Notes under the pieces: generated by a model
Told to the model about the DNA's origin: nothing
Database searches by the model: none
The model's input: the letters and a program-made list of their open reading frames with translations, nothing else
IMG/VR virus record: IMGVR_UViG_3300042891_000356
Origin: an uncultured virus (IMG/VR IMGVR_UViG_3300042891_000356)
Taxonomy: Duplodnaviria > Heunggongvirae > Uroviricota > Caudoviricetes
Length of the DNA stretch: 64,000 nucleotides
Reading direction: 5' to 3' (one strand)
Shown: piece by piece, positions 37,024-47,105 of the stretch
Layout of the letters: every line of letters starts with the position of its first letter
Numbering within the stretch: position 1 is the stretch's first letter
Position numbers and translations under genes: made by a program

Positions 37024-39686
37024 TAATCAAAACTAAACAATGCATCAAATGTAGTTTTAATGTCTGTGCTTTCTGTAATATTCCATTTAAGCACACCTAG
37101 CAAGTTTTCTACTTTTTGATCAACAATTGTTGATTCCATTAGGTCATTATCAAATGGCAAGTCTTTAAACCATTGTGGGATATGAGTGCCATCTGTTGGA
37201 TAGCCTACACTAGTAAACCCAATTGGATTATCTTTAAGTTTACACACAATAGTCTTCATACCATCAACAATACTAATTGAATAGTTATCACCGTGCATAC
37301 GTTTTAGATTATTCCAGTTCATTGCCGCACGTACATGACCTGGCATATTAGCGCGACCTTCACGTTCTTCTGCTTTGGTAAACTTAGTCAAGTTGTTTAC
37401 ACGTTTAGGTGTACCTTTCTCCCAAGCAGGCCTATCCTGAAACGCAAGTTTAAACTCACGCACCATATCAATAATAGCAGTCTTATCTACACCAGTAAGT
37501 GTTGCTAGTAAAATATCACTTAAGAAGTCTTGTACAACCTTAGGCGTATCCGAACGTTTTAAGTCAAGGCCCATAGCTTTAACTTTACCCGGCTTACCAT
37601 TTACATCCATACGCTTGCCATCTAAGTCTGTGATTAGTACAGCATAGCGTTTCTTCTTAATAAACAAACCTTTACTTGCTACAACCTCACGACCACCTTT
37701 AATTACACTGCCCATACTACGTGGCACATGAAACGCACGTTCCATCATTGCAGGGAAACTCTCGTTGACCCGATCCGATATATCATCATATAATTGAATT
37801 GCAATGCTAGGATTCCATTCCATATTACCTGCGGCTACTTCATCTTTAATCATTGGCCATGCACTAAAATAACAAGAGTCAGTATCACCGTAGATAATAG
37901 CATCGCCTGTATGATCATACACACCCGTGATACATTCATTAATAAATGCATCCATGTGTTTGGCAATAGTACGACCAGTAAGTGTAGTTGACTGCCCGAT
38001 ACGTTTATCAAAGAAACGACAGCCCGGGTTCAATAGCGCACCATACAAACTGTTCAAGTTAATCTTTTTAACTAATTGACGTTTATCCCAGAACGCAATC
38101 TCTTCTGGATCGGTACATGAACGCATCTTAGCCTGTAGTTCTTTACGTTCAGCATACCATCGTTTAAGCAAGCCTGGAACAACTGCTTCTTTCTCAAAAC
38201 TAAAGATAGTACCATTGGCACTGAGTATCCATGGTTGATTACTGTCAAAGATTAAGGTCCATACTTCTGCCGCACTGTGTACAGTACTTTCACCAGAAGT
38301 TTCCCAATCGATTGTGAGCTCAACTCCGGGTTTACTTTCCATAACCGCAGTATACTCTAAGGTAGCAAACAATCCCTCCCACGCATCAGCGAAACTTGAC
38401 TTATTAGCCATCTTCTCTTGAATATAATGGTCTGTCATGATTGGACGTAGTTGCCCTATGATTGATTCCGGTCCCATGTTCAACGCACGAATTGCACTAG
38501 GATACAGCGAGTTAATATCAACTGACCCAATCCAATCATGCATGCCTGCTTTTGGAGTTGCCACATAAGCACCTGCTGCCTGTGTATCTCCCATATCGTC
38601 TCTGTTTTTACGATTAGGAACAATTAAGCCTTGTTGATGTGCTTCGTTAATAATAGCCTGTTCAGTAACTGCTACAGCACCCATAGTTGTTTGTAGCAAC
38701 ACTGTGTTGTCATGTGCTAGTTCGTTGGCTAGGTCTAAGAAGCGTAGTTTCTTATCTAGTTTACCCAGCAACATAGTATCCTGACGGTTATAGTCAATAA
38801 ACTTAGGAAAGTCTTTGTTATACAGTTGATCTAATGTACCTTCATAAGCAACCTTGCGCTCATCTAGTTCATATTCACCGATAGCATCTAAACTATAACT
38901 ATGTCGTTCTTCATAGGTATATTTGCGGTATAACTGCATGTAGTCTAAATGCACCCTGCCAATCAAGTCAAAAGTGATGTTTGCGGCACCAAAACGTTCA
39001 AATTCACGCTGTTTTGGGTACTGACCCCATAGACAAAAGCGTCTAGTGTCATCTTTGCTTAAGACACGTGTAACACGCCCGATAGTATATGGAATATCAT
39101 AGCCTTCACTGTTCCAGCCACTTAAGACATCTGCATCATCGATTAGATTAAGGAATGTATCCAACATGTCTGCTTCACGTTCAAACATAAAACAGTTTTC
39201 ATATTGGTCGCAAATTTCTTGTGCTGTTTCCCAACTATAGCTCTTAGGAGGAATAACTAAGGTAACTAACTTGTCTAGCCAATCTAAGTAAACTGATATA
39301 GCTGTAATAGGATTAAATGGATCGCTGGTAGGAGCATACCCACGTGCTGGGTCAAAGTCTGTTTCAATATCCCAAAACGCAGTTTGTAGTTTGGGAGAAT
39401 CGACACCAAGATAGTTATCTGATAAACAACGGAACACAGGATTAATATCACTTTCCCATATCCGCTTGCCTGATTGAATACGTGTCTCTTTATGAAATTC
39501 TTTACCTATACGAGTGCTAAATCGACTTACTGGAGTGTCGTATACAGTACGATACTTGCCTTTAGGATCGTCCATGTACATGACATAATTTGCTGGATAC
39601 TCGACATACTCACGCATGCCTTCTTTTCTTTCTACTACATAGATGCGATCTTTTGCTCTGTCAAACAGTGCGTCAACATAACTCAT
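37023..39686 (-). CDS. family B DNA polymerase (gp43-like)
   Basis: Exo DIET, GWNSEGYD, YNRQD; pol DINSLYPS, KINLNSLYG, YGDTDS, KKRY. Confidence 0.98.
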   Translation of the reverse strand: MSYVDALFDRAKDRIYVVERKEGMREYVEYPANYVMYMDDPKGKYRTVYDTPVSRFSTRIGKEFHKETRIQSGKRIWESDINPVFRCLSDNYLGVDSPKLQTAFWDIETDFDPARGYAPTSDPFNPITAISVYLDWLDKLVTLVIPPKSYSWETAQEICDQYENCFMFEREADMLDTFLNLIDDADVLSGWNSEGYDIPYTIGRVTRVLSKDDTRRFCLWGQYPKQREFERFGAANITFDLIGRVHLDYMQLYRKYTYEERHSYSLDAIGEYELDERKVAYEGTLDQLYNKDFPKFIDYNRQDTMLLGKLDKKLRFLDLANELAHDNTVLLQTTMGAVAVTEQAIINEAHQQGLIVPNRKNRDDMGDTQAAGAYVATPKAGMHDWIGSVDINSLYPSAIRALNMGPESIIGQLRPIMTDHYIQEKMANKSSFADAWEGLFATLEYTAVMESKPGVELTIDWETSGESTVHSAAEVWTLIFDSNQPWILSANGTIFSFEKEAVVPGLLKRWYAERKELQAKMRSCTDPEEIAFWDKRQLVKKINLNSLYGALLNPGCRFFDKRIGQSTTLTGRTIAKHMDAFINECITGVYDHTGDAIIYGDTDSCYFSAWPMIKDEVAAGNMEWNPSIAIQLYDDISDRVNESFPAMMERAFHVPRSMGSVIKGGREVVASKGLFIKKKRYAVLITDLDGKRMDVNGKPGKVKAMGLDLKRSDTPKVVQDFLSDILLATLTGVDKTAIIDMVREFKLAFQDRPAWEKGTPKRVNNLTKFTKAEEREGRANMPGHVRAAMNWNNLKRMHGDNYSISIVDGMKTIVCKLKDNPIGFTSVGYPTDGTHIPQWFKDLPFDNDLMESTIVDQKVENLLGVLKWNITESTDIKTTFDALFSFD

Positions 39687-39747
39687 TTACTCTCCTACCG
39701 CTTGTGGCCGGTTAACCTTGTGCTTGTACGTAAAGTGTACGACTCTT

Positions 39748-40038
39748 TTATTGTAACATTAATAGCCGGTAATAGCCTACTAAATCGATTAAAAATATAG
39801 TTACGCTGGTCATTAATAGACCAAAACTGCCTCTACTTGCCGCTGAATACATACTGATAATTAATGCAGTAAAAAACAACGGATAGATTATCAATAACGG
39901 CACATCGGGCACTGTCAATGTAAACAGCATGGCTATTACAAAATTCAATGCCCAATTGACTGTTTCTAATATTAATCGTACTGGATGGCTATGCCAATCG
40001 TGACGAATAAAATCCGCAGTCTTGTGCCAATCGATCAA
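39748..40038 (-). CDS. small membrane protein
   Basis: Three hydrophobic segments. Confidence 0.65.
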   Translation of the reverse strand: MIDWHKTADFIRHDWHSHPVRLILETVNWALNFVIAMLFTLTVPDVPLLIIYPLFFTALIISMYSAASRGSFGLLMTSVTIFLIDLVGYYRLLMLQ

Positions 40039-40292
40039 AGTGTACGACCGACAGTTTCCAAAATATCAGTAACAGTTTCGTGGTCTTGGTTAGTTTCGCC
40101 GAATTTAGATTTTTGTGCAATCTTAATTGCTTTCTTAAGCAGACCTGGCTTAATTTCTAACTCTTCTGCTACTGCTTTAATAGTATCGCTAAGGCCTGCA
40201 CTTAAATCTTCTACTTCTTGTAGTACTTGTACGCCTTCGTTAACGATTTGAATAAGTTTTGCCTTTTGTTCGGCTGAAAACATTAATGCCAT
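40035..40292 (-). CDS. dsDNA-binding protein (T4 DsbA-like)
   Basis: 85-aa helical protein, IKAVAEELEIKPGLLKKAIKIA. Confidence 0.6.
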   Translation of the reverse strand: MALMFSAEQKAKLIQIVNEGVQVLQEVEDLSAGLSDTIKAVAEELEIKPGLLKKAIKIAQKSKFGETNQDHETVTDILETVGRTL

Positions 40293-40318
40293 GATGTCAT
40301 TCCTTTAGTTAAAAATAT

Positions 40319-40347
40319 ATTATATATGAATTACTTATCTGAGTCAA
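40319..40347 (-). promoter_or_regulatory. sigma70 promoter heading the polymerase operon
   Basis: TTGACT-N17-TATAAT. Confidence 0.8.
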
Positions 40348-40356
40348 GCGTTATGG

Positions 40357-40776
40357 TTAAGATATTCTACACTTGCGTAGAACTTTGGTAACTGTTGTGA
40401 ATTCTAAAGCTAAATCATCGTAGATATCTTCTACAGGTTTTACAACAACCGCACGTGTAACGTAAGCAGATTGTCCCATTTCAGCATAGTAAGTATCAGT
40501 GGGCCAGCGACGTTTGTTCCATTCCATTGCGTTAATTAGTAAGCATTCATCGCCTACGTCTTTAAGTAATACTTTGCGTTGAGCTACTGGTAAGTTGGCA
40601 CTGGCCATTAGTTTAATACCTACGGGTTCTGTATTGACCTGCGGTTTATCTAAGAAATGTGCGAATAAGTGTACAACGTAGGCTTCGACATTGTGTGTTA
40701 ATGTGATGGAAAGTGATGTTTCTGCTTCTTTGATAAGCTCGTAGGATTCTTTAACGTAAGTTTCCCAGTTGGTCAT
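40357..40776 (-). CDS. hypothetical protein
   Basis: 139 aa; LKDVGDECL...YYAEMG. Confidence 0.65.
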   Translation of the reverse strand: MTNWETYVKESYELIKEAETSLSITLTHNVEAYVVHLFAHFLDKPQVNTEPVGIKLMASANLPVAQRKVLLKDVGDECLLINAMEWNKRRWPTDTYYAEMGQSAYVTRAVVVKPVEDIYDDLALEFTTVTKVLRKCRIS

Positions 40777-41312
40777 AGTCTTTGATTAACGACATCCCAG
40801 TTAATAATGCGCCAAATGTTTTTTAAATACTCGGTCTTGTCTGCTTGATAGTCTAAGGCCCATGCGTGTTCCCACCAATCTATCAATAGCGCAATATCTT
40901 TGCGCACTTGATGATTTTTGATAGTTTTTATGTCGCCTGATCGGCTCATATAAACCCATCCACTGCCCTGTATTGACATAGCAGTTGTTTTAATTTCTTC
41001 TTGAAACTGTTTGTAACTACCGTATTTCTTTTCTATTAGAGTTTTAACACTGCCTGTAGGATTGTTAACACCTTTGGGAGGCATCAATTGTGGGAAAAAT
41101 ATGTTATGCAGATAGGCTCCTGCTTCGTTAAACTCAGCGTTACCTTCACCCGCGTTGTAACGTGTGACATAACCTTTAGCTAAGGTAGCATAATGGTAAT
41201 CTATAGTAGCTTTACTCATCACAGGCTCAAGATCGTCGCGATCGTAAGGTAACTTGTTGAGCTCTAAGTCAACTTTGCTTTTACTTTCTACTAAGGTAAT
41301 TAAATCTCTCAT
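40773..41312 (-). CDS. Fe/Mn superoxide dismutase with capsid-targeting-like leader
   Basis: LPY..LEP, YH, LHNIFF, GSGW, DWWEHA ligands; start MRDLITLVE at 41312. Confidence 0.9.
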   Translation of the reverse strand: MRDLITLVESKSKVDLELNKLPYDRDDLEPVMSKATIDYHYATLAKGYVTRYNAGEGNAEFNEAGAYLHNIFFPQLMPPKGVNNPTGSVKTLIEKKYGSYKQFQEEIKTTAMSIQGSGWVYMSRSGDIKTIKNHQVRKDIALLIDWWEHAWALDYQADKTEYLKNIWRIINWDVVNQRL

Positions 41313-41313
41313 A

Positions 41314-41742
41314 TTAGTTTGCCTTGTTGCCCTTGTCTTTTTCTGTGATAGGTCCGCCAGTAACCCAAGCAGAACAACTACGTTCGCCGGCACATTTAAA
41401 GTGCAGGAAGTTACAGTAGCCTAGGTCGCTTAGATTAATAGTGGCATTAGCATCTATGTGTTTTTCGTCGCCTTGTATACCTTTGGCAATACAATCGCGC
41501 ATGCTGTCACTAACATCAAAAGCTGCACAGTTACCACATAACATAGTCTTGGCAGTGGCTTCTTTAACGTTGAATACCTTAGCGGATTCCTTCCAGTAGT
41601 TTTCTGGCTTGTTAGGATTAGCAGGACCGTAATGATACTCGTCAATGGCGTGTTGTCTATTTTTTAAATTGACATTGATGTCCGCAGTTGCCACAGGACA
41701 ACCACGACTCACTGCTTCTATCAGAGTAATTAATTCTCTCAT
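41314..41742 (-). CDS. Cys-rich hypothetical protein with leader MRELITLIE
   Basis: CPVAT, CGNC, GYC...FKC...RSC..W; start 41742. Confidence 0.7.
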   Translation of the reverse strand: MRELITLIEAVSRGCPVATADINVNLKNRQHAIDEYHYGPANPNKPENYWKESAKVFNVKEATAKTMLCGNCAAFDVSDSMRDCIAKGIQGDEKHIDANATINLSDLGYCNFLHFKCAGERSCSAWVTGGPITEKDKGNKAN

Positions 41743-41743
41743 A

Positions 41744-42403
41744 CTACCATTTACGGCATGACCAGTAGCGTGCTTTAGTGCGCGGCCCTGGGTTGGCACA
41801 GTTGTGACGTGCTCTGAATGATTTACGGCGTGCTGGATTTGATTTCTTAATACGCATATTAGGATCACCAAAGTTTACTTTTTTGACGTTACCTGTGCTA
41901 GGATCTTTAACGTAGACTTTAAACTTCTTAACATCACCTTGCATTGGTTTGCCCAATGGCACTTTACGTCCGTGATATTCAGCTTCGTCTAGTTGTTCAT
42001 CTTCGTTGTACCACATTTCGCCATAAGCTTCAAAAAACTCATCACCGTGATATGTTTCTTCTATGCGTGGATCAATGCCTTGTTCTTCCTGGCTGATTAG
42101 ATAATCCCAAACGCTGACCAACATACCCTGTGCTCTAGCAATTTTTTCCTGAGCCCATTCAGGTAAGTTTTCATTTTCATCAATAGTATCTATTAAGCCA
42201 TCAACAGCACGTTTTAATGTGTGTAGATTGCTTTCTGCCATACCAGCTTCATCATCGTACTCAGCATTAAATTCTTCGCTGACTTTAACACAGTTATTAA
42301 CGCGAACATCACCTTTCATTTTAGTGCCTTGTTTGCGATAACCTTTCCAACACTTAGCGTCTAAGCGTTGTTGTTCTTCTGATAAAAATTCATTTGACTT
42401 CAT
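41744..42403 (-). CDS. modular putative head protein
   Basis: Leader MKSNEFLSE; modules CWKGY..NCVK and KVNFGD...SFRARHNC...YWSC separated by xxE sites. Confidence 0.7.
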   Translation of the reverse strand: MKSNEFLSEEQQRLDAKCWKGYRKQGTKMKGDVRVNNCVKVSEEFNAEYDDEAGMAESNLHTLKRAVDGLIDTIDENENLPEWAQEKIARAQGMLVSVWDYLISQEEQGIDPRIEETYHGDEFFEAYGEMWYNEDEQLDEAEYHGRKVPLGKPMQGDVKKFKVYVKDPSTGNVKKVNFGDPNMRIKKSNPARRKSFRARHNCANPGPRTKARYWSCRKW

Positions 42404-43065
42404 TTGTTTTTCCCCGATTTCATGTTAGCACACCAGTGTGCCATGCGTTGCTTTTCGCCGCTACTATTTTTTGCTACACTTCTTAATTTACTTATACTTT
42501 GACCACAATCTACTCCGCTACGTTTGGCTAAGCCTTTACGTCCTGGCTTCTTACCATCCGCAAAGTTCTCATCAGTTTTCTTACGACCTGCACAGTGAGC
42601 CTTTTGACTAAAACCTTTAGGATTGCTACAATTAATACTCTTTTTGTATTTTGCACTCCATGCTTCAGGTAATGCTATTGGATCGGCCTGCATATAGCTA
42701 GGATGTTTTTGATTAAACAAACGCATAATAACACCAGCTTCTGCATTGGCTTCGTTCTCAATTGGACTGCCTGTTTCGCCAGAAGTGCTATCAAGTTGAT
42801 CATCTTGGCCCTGCGCATAGTGCACCATTTCGTGTGCCAGAGTGCGCAGTACATCTACAGGATTTCGATTATCAACAACTACATAAATTACTTGCTCATC
42901 ATTGACATAACGACCAAATGTTGTATCATCTAGTGATTTAACTAACTTAATTTTAGGAATGTGATCTAAGTTTAAATGTTGAACTGCGATGGGCAAAAAA
43001 TCACGCAATGCATCTATCAGCGTTGGCTTAGGTGGCCCTTGTTCAAACATTTCATATAAATTCAT
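42400..43065 (-). CDS. zincin metallopeptidase-like protein with C-terminal Cys modules
   Basis: RTLAHEMVH (HExxH), ENEAN; leader MNLYEMFE. Confidence 0.7.
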   Translation of the reverse strand: MNLYEMFEQGPPKPTLIDALRDFLPIAVQHLNLDHIPKIKLVKSLDDTTFGRYVNDEQVIYVVVDNRNPVDVLRTLAHEMVHYAQGQDDQLDSTSGETGSPIENEANAEAGVIMRLFNQKHPSYMQADPIALPEAWSAKYKKSINCSNPKGFSQKAHCAGRKKTDENFADGKKPGRKGLAKRSGVDCGQSISKLRSVAKNSSGEKQRMAHWCANMKSGKNK

Positions 43066-46000
43066 TACGCCAATCCTGCTAGTCTACGTATAGTATTTAT
43101 AGATTCGTTTGCTTGTGTTGGTAATGCTCTAACTGTTAAAGCACCACTTTCTAGTCCTAGGTCTTGTTCTAACTCGCGTGCCTTACGATGAGCATAAACC
43201 ATATCAGCACCTTGTATTCTTGACACTACACTACCATCAGCTTTAACTACTTCAAAATCTGTAGCAGTAGTCTGTGCTACAGTTGGTTCCAATGGTAATT
43301 CTTGTTGTACTGGAGTTGCGCCGTGTTCGCTAGCATCGCGCTCACTGTCGCTGATACCACGACGACGTAGTTCACGTTTAATAATAACTCTAAAGTAAGC
43401 AGTCTGTTGATCATTTAATACTGCGGTTGTGCTGACATTACGTAACACGTTGATTAGATCCATGTCACTCTTATCTGCTACATTGTCTAACCAATCACGA
43501 TGTGCTTGAGGTAAACTATCACGCACTGCGTTTTCAGCACCACCTGCGTTGGCAGCTAATTCGTTATTACCGCTACGGCGGCGTATTTCTTGATTAACAG
43601 TATTAACAATAAAGTCTATTTGGCCCGGCTCTAAATTAGTAAAGTGGGCATTAACACCGTGGACCATATTATCAAGTATACGCTGTAGATTGCCGTCTGT
43701 TTTGTTACGGATATCCTGTAGCCACTCTTGCCATTCATTAGCTAAACTGTCAAACACTTCTCTGCTGGTTGTTGGTTGTTCTGCCGGAGTTGCTCTATAG
43801 TATCTGGTATCAACATTATTAACGCTACCGTATACATGTAATGCTTCGTCACTGGTTCTTGCGTTTACAGTGCCAGCGGGTTCACCTAGACCGTTTATAA
43901 TATTCCAAGTTACTTCTGGACGGCCAGCGTCCTGTGTAGTAGCAATAGCATCTAAATCATCAACAGTAACAGTAATACCGTGTTCTCTACTAAAAATATC
44001 TATAGCTTTAAGTTTAGCCTGACGTGGACTATCCGCATCAACATATATTGGATCCCAATTACGATAAGCACGAGTAGAAGTTTTAACCTTCCAGCGGGTT
44101 TCATTGCCGTCAACTACACCTTGATCCATTCTACTGCGTAGTTCACGGTCAATCTGTTTAACTATCCAACCACTAGCATCTGCATCTAAATTATCACCAC
44201 CATTTATTATTCGTTGTCTAACAGAGTTTGCTGTATCTACAGTAACACTAGGTAATGTGTCTGCTAGCCAATCAATCCAACTAATTGGCACTGATGCTGG
44301 TGGTGTATTTTCTTTGTTAGTATCCACAAACAATTCAGCTTTAAGTTGGCTGATACTTTGTTCGCGGTTCATACCCATTTGCTTGCCACCTTTGATAATG
44401 GCTTCGGTACTGCTTGTAGCAAACACCATTTGTTTGCCGCCACTGCCATCTTTATTCCTAACCCAGTATTGTTGTTCATCACCTTTCTTCTCTTTACGAG
44501 CTACCTGTGCTTGACGAACATTGTTAACTAGTTCTGTTTTGTTAATTTGCCCTAGTGCATAGCGACTGAATAATGCAACACTATTGTTAGGGTCAGTCCA
44601 CTCGCCTTCTGGGCTAATTAGTTTGTATAGTTTCTTAGCATACTCTTGTTTGTATGCTGACTCGTCCGTGGCAATGCGTAGGCTTTGTGCTAGGCGTAGA
44701 GCAGTATTAACAAGTTTAGGTATGTCTTCGTTTAGATAATCGCCTCCCGGACCACGGAATTCTACGTAGTTGCCTTTGGTATTGATACTTGTATACTTTT
44801 GTGTAACTCCACTGTGTACTAGTTTACTAGCTGCCGCTCCAAGATGTTCTTTCATCTTAGCTAACAATGCCGTGGCATTTTCTGGATTCTGTTGAATCTT
44901 TTCTCTAACAATCTTCATAGCACTTTTAGCATAAGTGTTATAAGCACGACCAAACTCTTGAAGTACGTATTCGTCACCTAGGAATAATGCTAGTTTAACA
45001 TAGTCTAGATTATCAGTGGTCATGTTAGGCACACTGATGTTCATGTGTAGGCCCGTTGATTTGTTAGTATAACAACCTGCAAGTTTGGCCCATTGTTTAA
45101 CTTTCTTCAACATCACCAGGCCATCTTTAAGCGGCATTGCCGGACTGATAAACTCTAGACCAGCGTCACCTTGGTCAGCATCAATTGAACCATCTGGCTC
45201 AATGATAAAGTAACCTTCTTGTTGTTGTTGACTACGACTACCACTGTGGTAATTACCAAAACCGCGTGCTTCATATCCGGTAGCACCATAAAAGTCATCA
45301 GCTACTTGATCTACGTCTGCGTCGCCACCGCCGTTGCCTTCGTTGGCATCATACATGTGTGGCCAATCAAATCCCCAATGACGTTCGGCGTCCTGCATGT
45401 CACCAATGCCAATGTCGCTTAACCATGCTGCTTGATCGCCATCACCACCGTTACGGAAATCATCTTCCATCTCCTGGCGTGCTTCATCGTAGGCAGATTG
45501 ATACTCATTACTATTAGTATCTCCCATCAACTCGTCTACTCGATCTTCGATCATTTGTAATGTTAGATCGCGAATCTCTGCATTAGCTTCTTCACTAGTA
45601 GCATCTTTGTCTGGGTTTGCTTCTTTCCAGCGTTGATGTGCTTCTTCGGATGCATCATCACGACTAACTTCATCTTCTAAACGTTCACGAATTGACTTAT
45701 CTAAATCATCTACATTATCATCTATATAACGATTAGCAGCTTCATAACTCCATTCTAAGTATTCATCAAACATCTCACTTCGAGCACGATCTGCATCACT
45801 GCGACCCATATTACTGAAATCACCGTTACGGAAGAAGTTAACAATATCGTCAATGTCATAGGCGCTTTCGTTGTATTCGTAATCGTATTCCCAGTCGGGT
45901 TCATCATCACCTGTGCTGGTATTGGGTACACACATTTCAAATTCAATACCCATAAGCATACCATCAGCTTCTGGACTGTTAGCGAACGCTTCTAGGCTGG

Positions 46001-46070
46001 ATGGACTCATCGATACTTCATCAATGATCTCTGCTTCTTTTAGGGCTTGTTTTATTTGACTATATCGCAT
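43065..46070 (-). CDS. putative amidoligase (COOH-NH2 ligase type 2) multidomain protein
   Basis: GIEFE, EPDGSI, LEFISP, TNKSTGLHMNIS, VEFRGPGG; C-terminal repeats; ends RRLAGLA. Confidence 0.8.
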   Translation of the reverse strand: MRYSQIKQALKEAEIIDEVSMSPSSLEAFANSPEADGMLMGIEFEMCVPNTSTGDDEPDWEYDYEYNESAYDIDDIVNFFRNGDFSNMGRSDADRARSEMFDEYLEWSYEAANRYIDDNVDDLDKSIRERLEDEVSRDDASEEAHQRWKEANPDKDATSEEANAEIRDLTLQMIEDRVDELMGDTNSNEYQSAYDEARQEMEDDFRNGGDGDQAAWLSDIGIGDMQDAERHWGFDWPHMYDANEGNGGGDADVDQVADDFYGATGYEARGFGNYHSGSRSQQQQEGYFIIEPDGSIDADQGDAGLEFISPAMPLKDGLVMLKKVKQWAKLAGCYTNKSTGLHMNISVPNMTTDNLDYVKLALFLGDEYVLQEFGRAYNTYAKSAMKIVREKIQQNPENATALLAKMKEHLGAAASKLVHSGVTQKYTSINTKGNYVEFRGPGGDYLNEDIPKLVNTALRLAQSLRIATDESAYKQEYAKKLYKLISPEGEWTDPNNSVALFSRYALGQINKTELVNNVRQAQVARKEKKGDEQQYWVRNKDGSGGKQMVFATSSTEAIIKGGKQMGMNREQSISQLKAELFVDTNKENTPPASVPISWIDWLADTLPSVTVDTANSVRQRIINGGDNLDADASGWIVKQIDRELRSRMDQGVVDGNETRWKVKTSTRAYRNWDPIYVDADSPRQAKLKAIDIFSREHGITVTVDDLDAIATTQDAGRPEVTWNIINGLGEPAGTVNARTSDEALHVYGSVNNVDTRYYRATPAEQPTTSREVFDSLANEWQEWLQDIRNKTDGNLQRILDNMVHGVNAHFTNLEPGQIDFIVNTVNQEIRRRSGNNELAANAGGAENAVRDSLPQAHRDWLDNVADKSDMDLINVLRNVSTTAVLNDQQTAYFRVIIKRELRRRGISDSERDASEHGATPVQQELPLEPTVAQTTATDFEVVKADGSVVSRIQGADMVYAHRKARELEQDLGLESGALTVRALPTQANESINTIRRLAGLA

Positions 46071-46076
46071 ATTAAG

Positions 46077-46082
46077 TATTTA
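46077..46082 (-). promoter_or_regulatory. late-type promoter TAAATA
   Basis: GATAAATA 6 nt before ATG 46070. Confidence 0.55.
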
Positions 46083-46658
46083 TCGTAAACCTATTTTCAT
46101 AAATCGTTTGTAGGTTTGTCCATCTGCACCTTCAAGTTGAATAGTATCTAATACTAATTCTTCAGCTAAGGGATACGCACGATTAAAGCTATCAAGGGTT
46201 TGGTGTAGATTATCTGGATTGTCAGGTTGACCATCACGACCTTGTATGGCCACAACACTGCCTTTGGGCACATTGTCTAACCATTGATTAAATCTGATAT
46301 CGTTAGTGCTGGTATTAATGACTAATATACGATCGCCTACAAACTGTGTGTCTAAGCAATCTTGTGTTACTGCTACGATCTTATCTTCTATGCCTAACTG
46401 ACGATTAAAACGTTGTGTCCATTCTGTGTTCTTAGGATCTATATCTATTAGATAAGCTGTATCAAACTTAATTTTTTTATATAACAGATATGGACCCATA
46501 CTGCCATACCATGAGCCTAATACGTAAACATTATCAAACTCTGTTAGGTCTAAACGATTGAGCGTAGTTAGTAGCCATAGTTTGCCAAGGTTGAGATCTT
46601 CAGTGCGACTGCCCTGCGGAGTATCTGGAGAATTTTCAAATAGTTCTATGGCTAACAT
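46080..46658 (-). CDS. class I SAM methyltransferase-like protein
   Basis: VLGSWYG, LIDID, INTS; leader MLAIELFE. Confidence 0.6.
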   Translation of the reverse strand: MLAIELFENSPDTPQGSRTEDLNLGKLWLLTTLNRLDLTEFDNVYVLGSWYGSMGPYLLYKKIKFDTAYLIDIDPKNTEWTQRFNRQLGIEDKIVAVTQDCLDTQFVGDRILVINTSTNDIRFNQWLDNVPKGSVVAIQGRDGQPDNPDNLHQTLDSFNRAYPLAEELVLDTIQLEGADGQTYKRFMKIGLR

Positions 46659-46664
46659 AATATA

Positions 46665-47105
46665 TTAAGATCCTAGTTTAGTTAATTCGTAAGTAACTAG
46701 GTCACCGTGATCCTCAGAGTATTCATCATACCCCCATGCTCTAGCATAACGAGCAACTAAACTATTATATAGTTTTGCTCTACTTTCGCTACTTTGATTA
46801 GGATCACCATCTTTGCTTGCTGTAAACATTATCCGCCATGGCTGTTCTTTTTTGATGAATTGTTGTATAGCAGACAGCACCGTAGCGAATATACGATAAG
46901 CATCACCTTCGCCGGTTACTGATTGGCTATTGTTTCTGTAAAACTCGACTTGCCACTCACCGTCGCCTTCGTTGTTAAACATTATACTAAGATTAGTACC
47001 ACCATCTAATCTAGCCAGCGCATCGTAATCACCGTGCTCACCTTGCTCCCATCGTAAAGGATAAGGTTGATTAAAACTTTCAATGATGAATTCACGTGCT
47101 CTCAT
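46665..47105 (-). CDS. hypothetical protein with leader MRAREFIIE
   Basis: TGEGDAYRIFATV, SRAKLY. Confidence 0.7.
   Translation of the reverse strand: MRAREFIIESFNQPYPLRWEQGEHGDYDALARLDGGTNLSIMFNNEGDGEWQVEFYRNNSQSVTGEGDAYRIFATVLSAIQQFIKKEQPWRIMFTASKDGDPNQSSESRAKLYNSLVARYARAWGYDEYSEDHGDLVTYELTKLGS

Noticed and set aside
37023..39686. Intein or intron in the DNA polymerase
   Set aside because: The 887-aa ORF is continuous with all motifs in order, and no C...HN splice junctions or LAGLIDADG blocks were seen.
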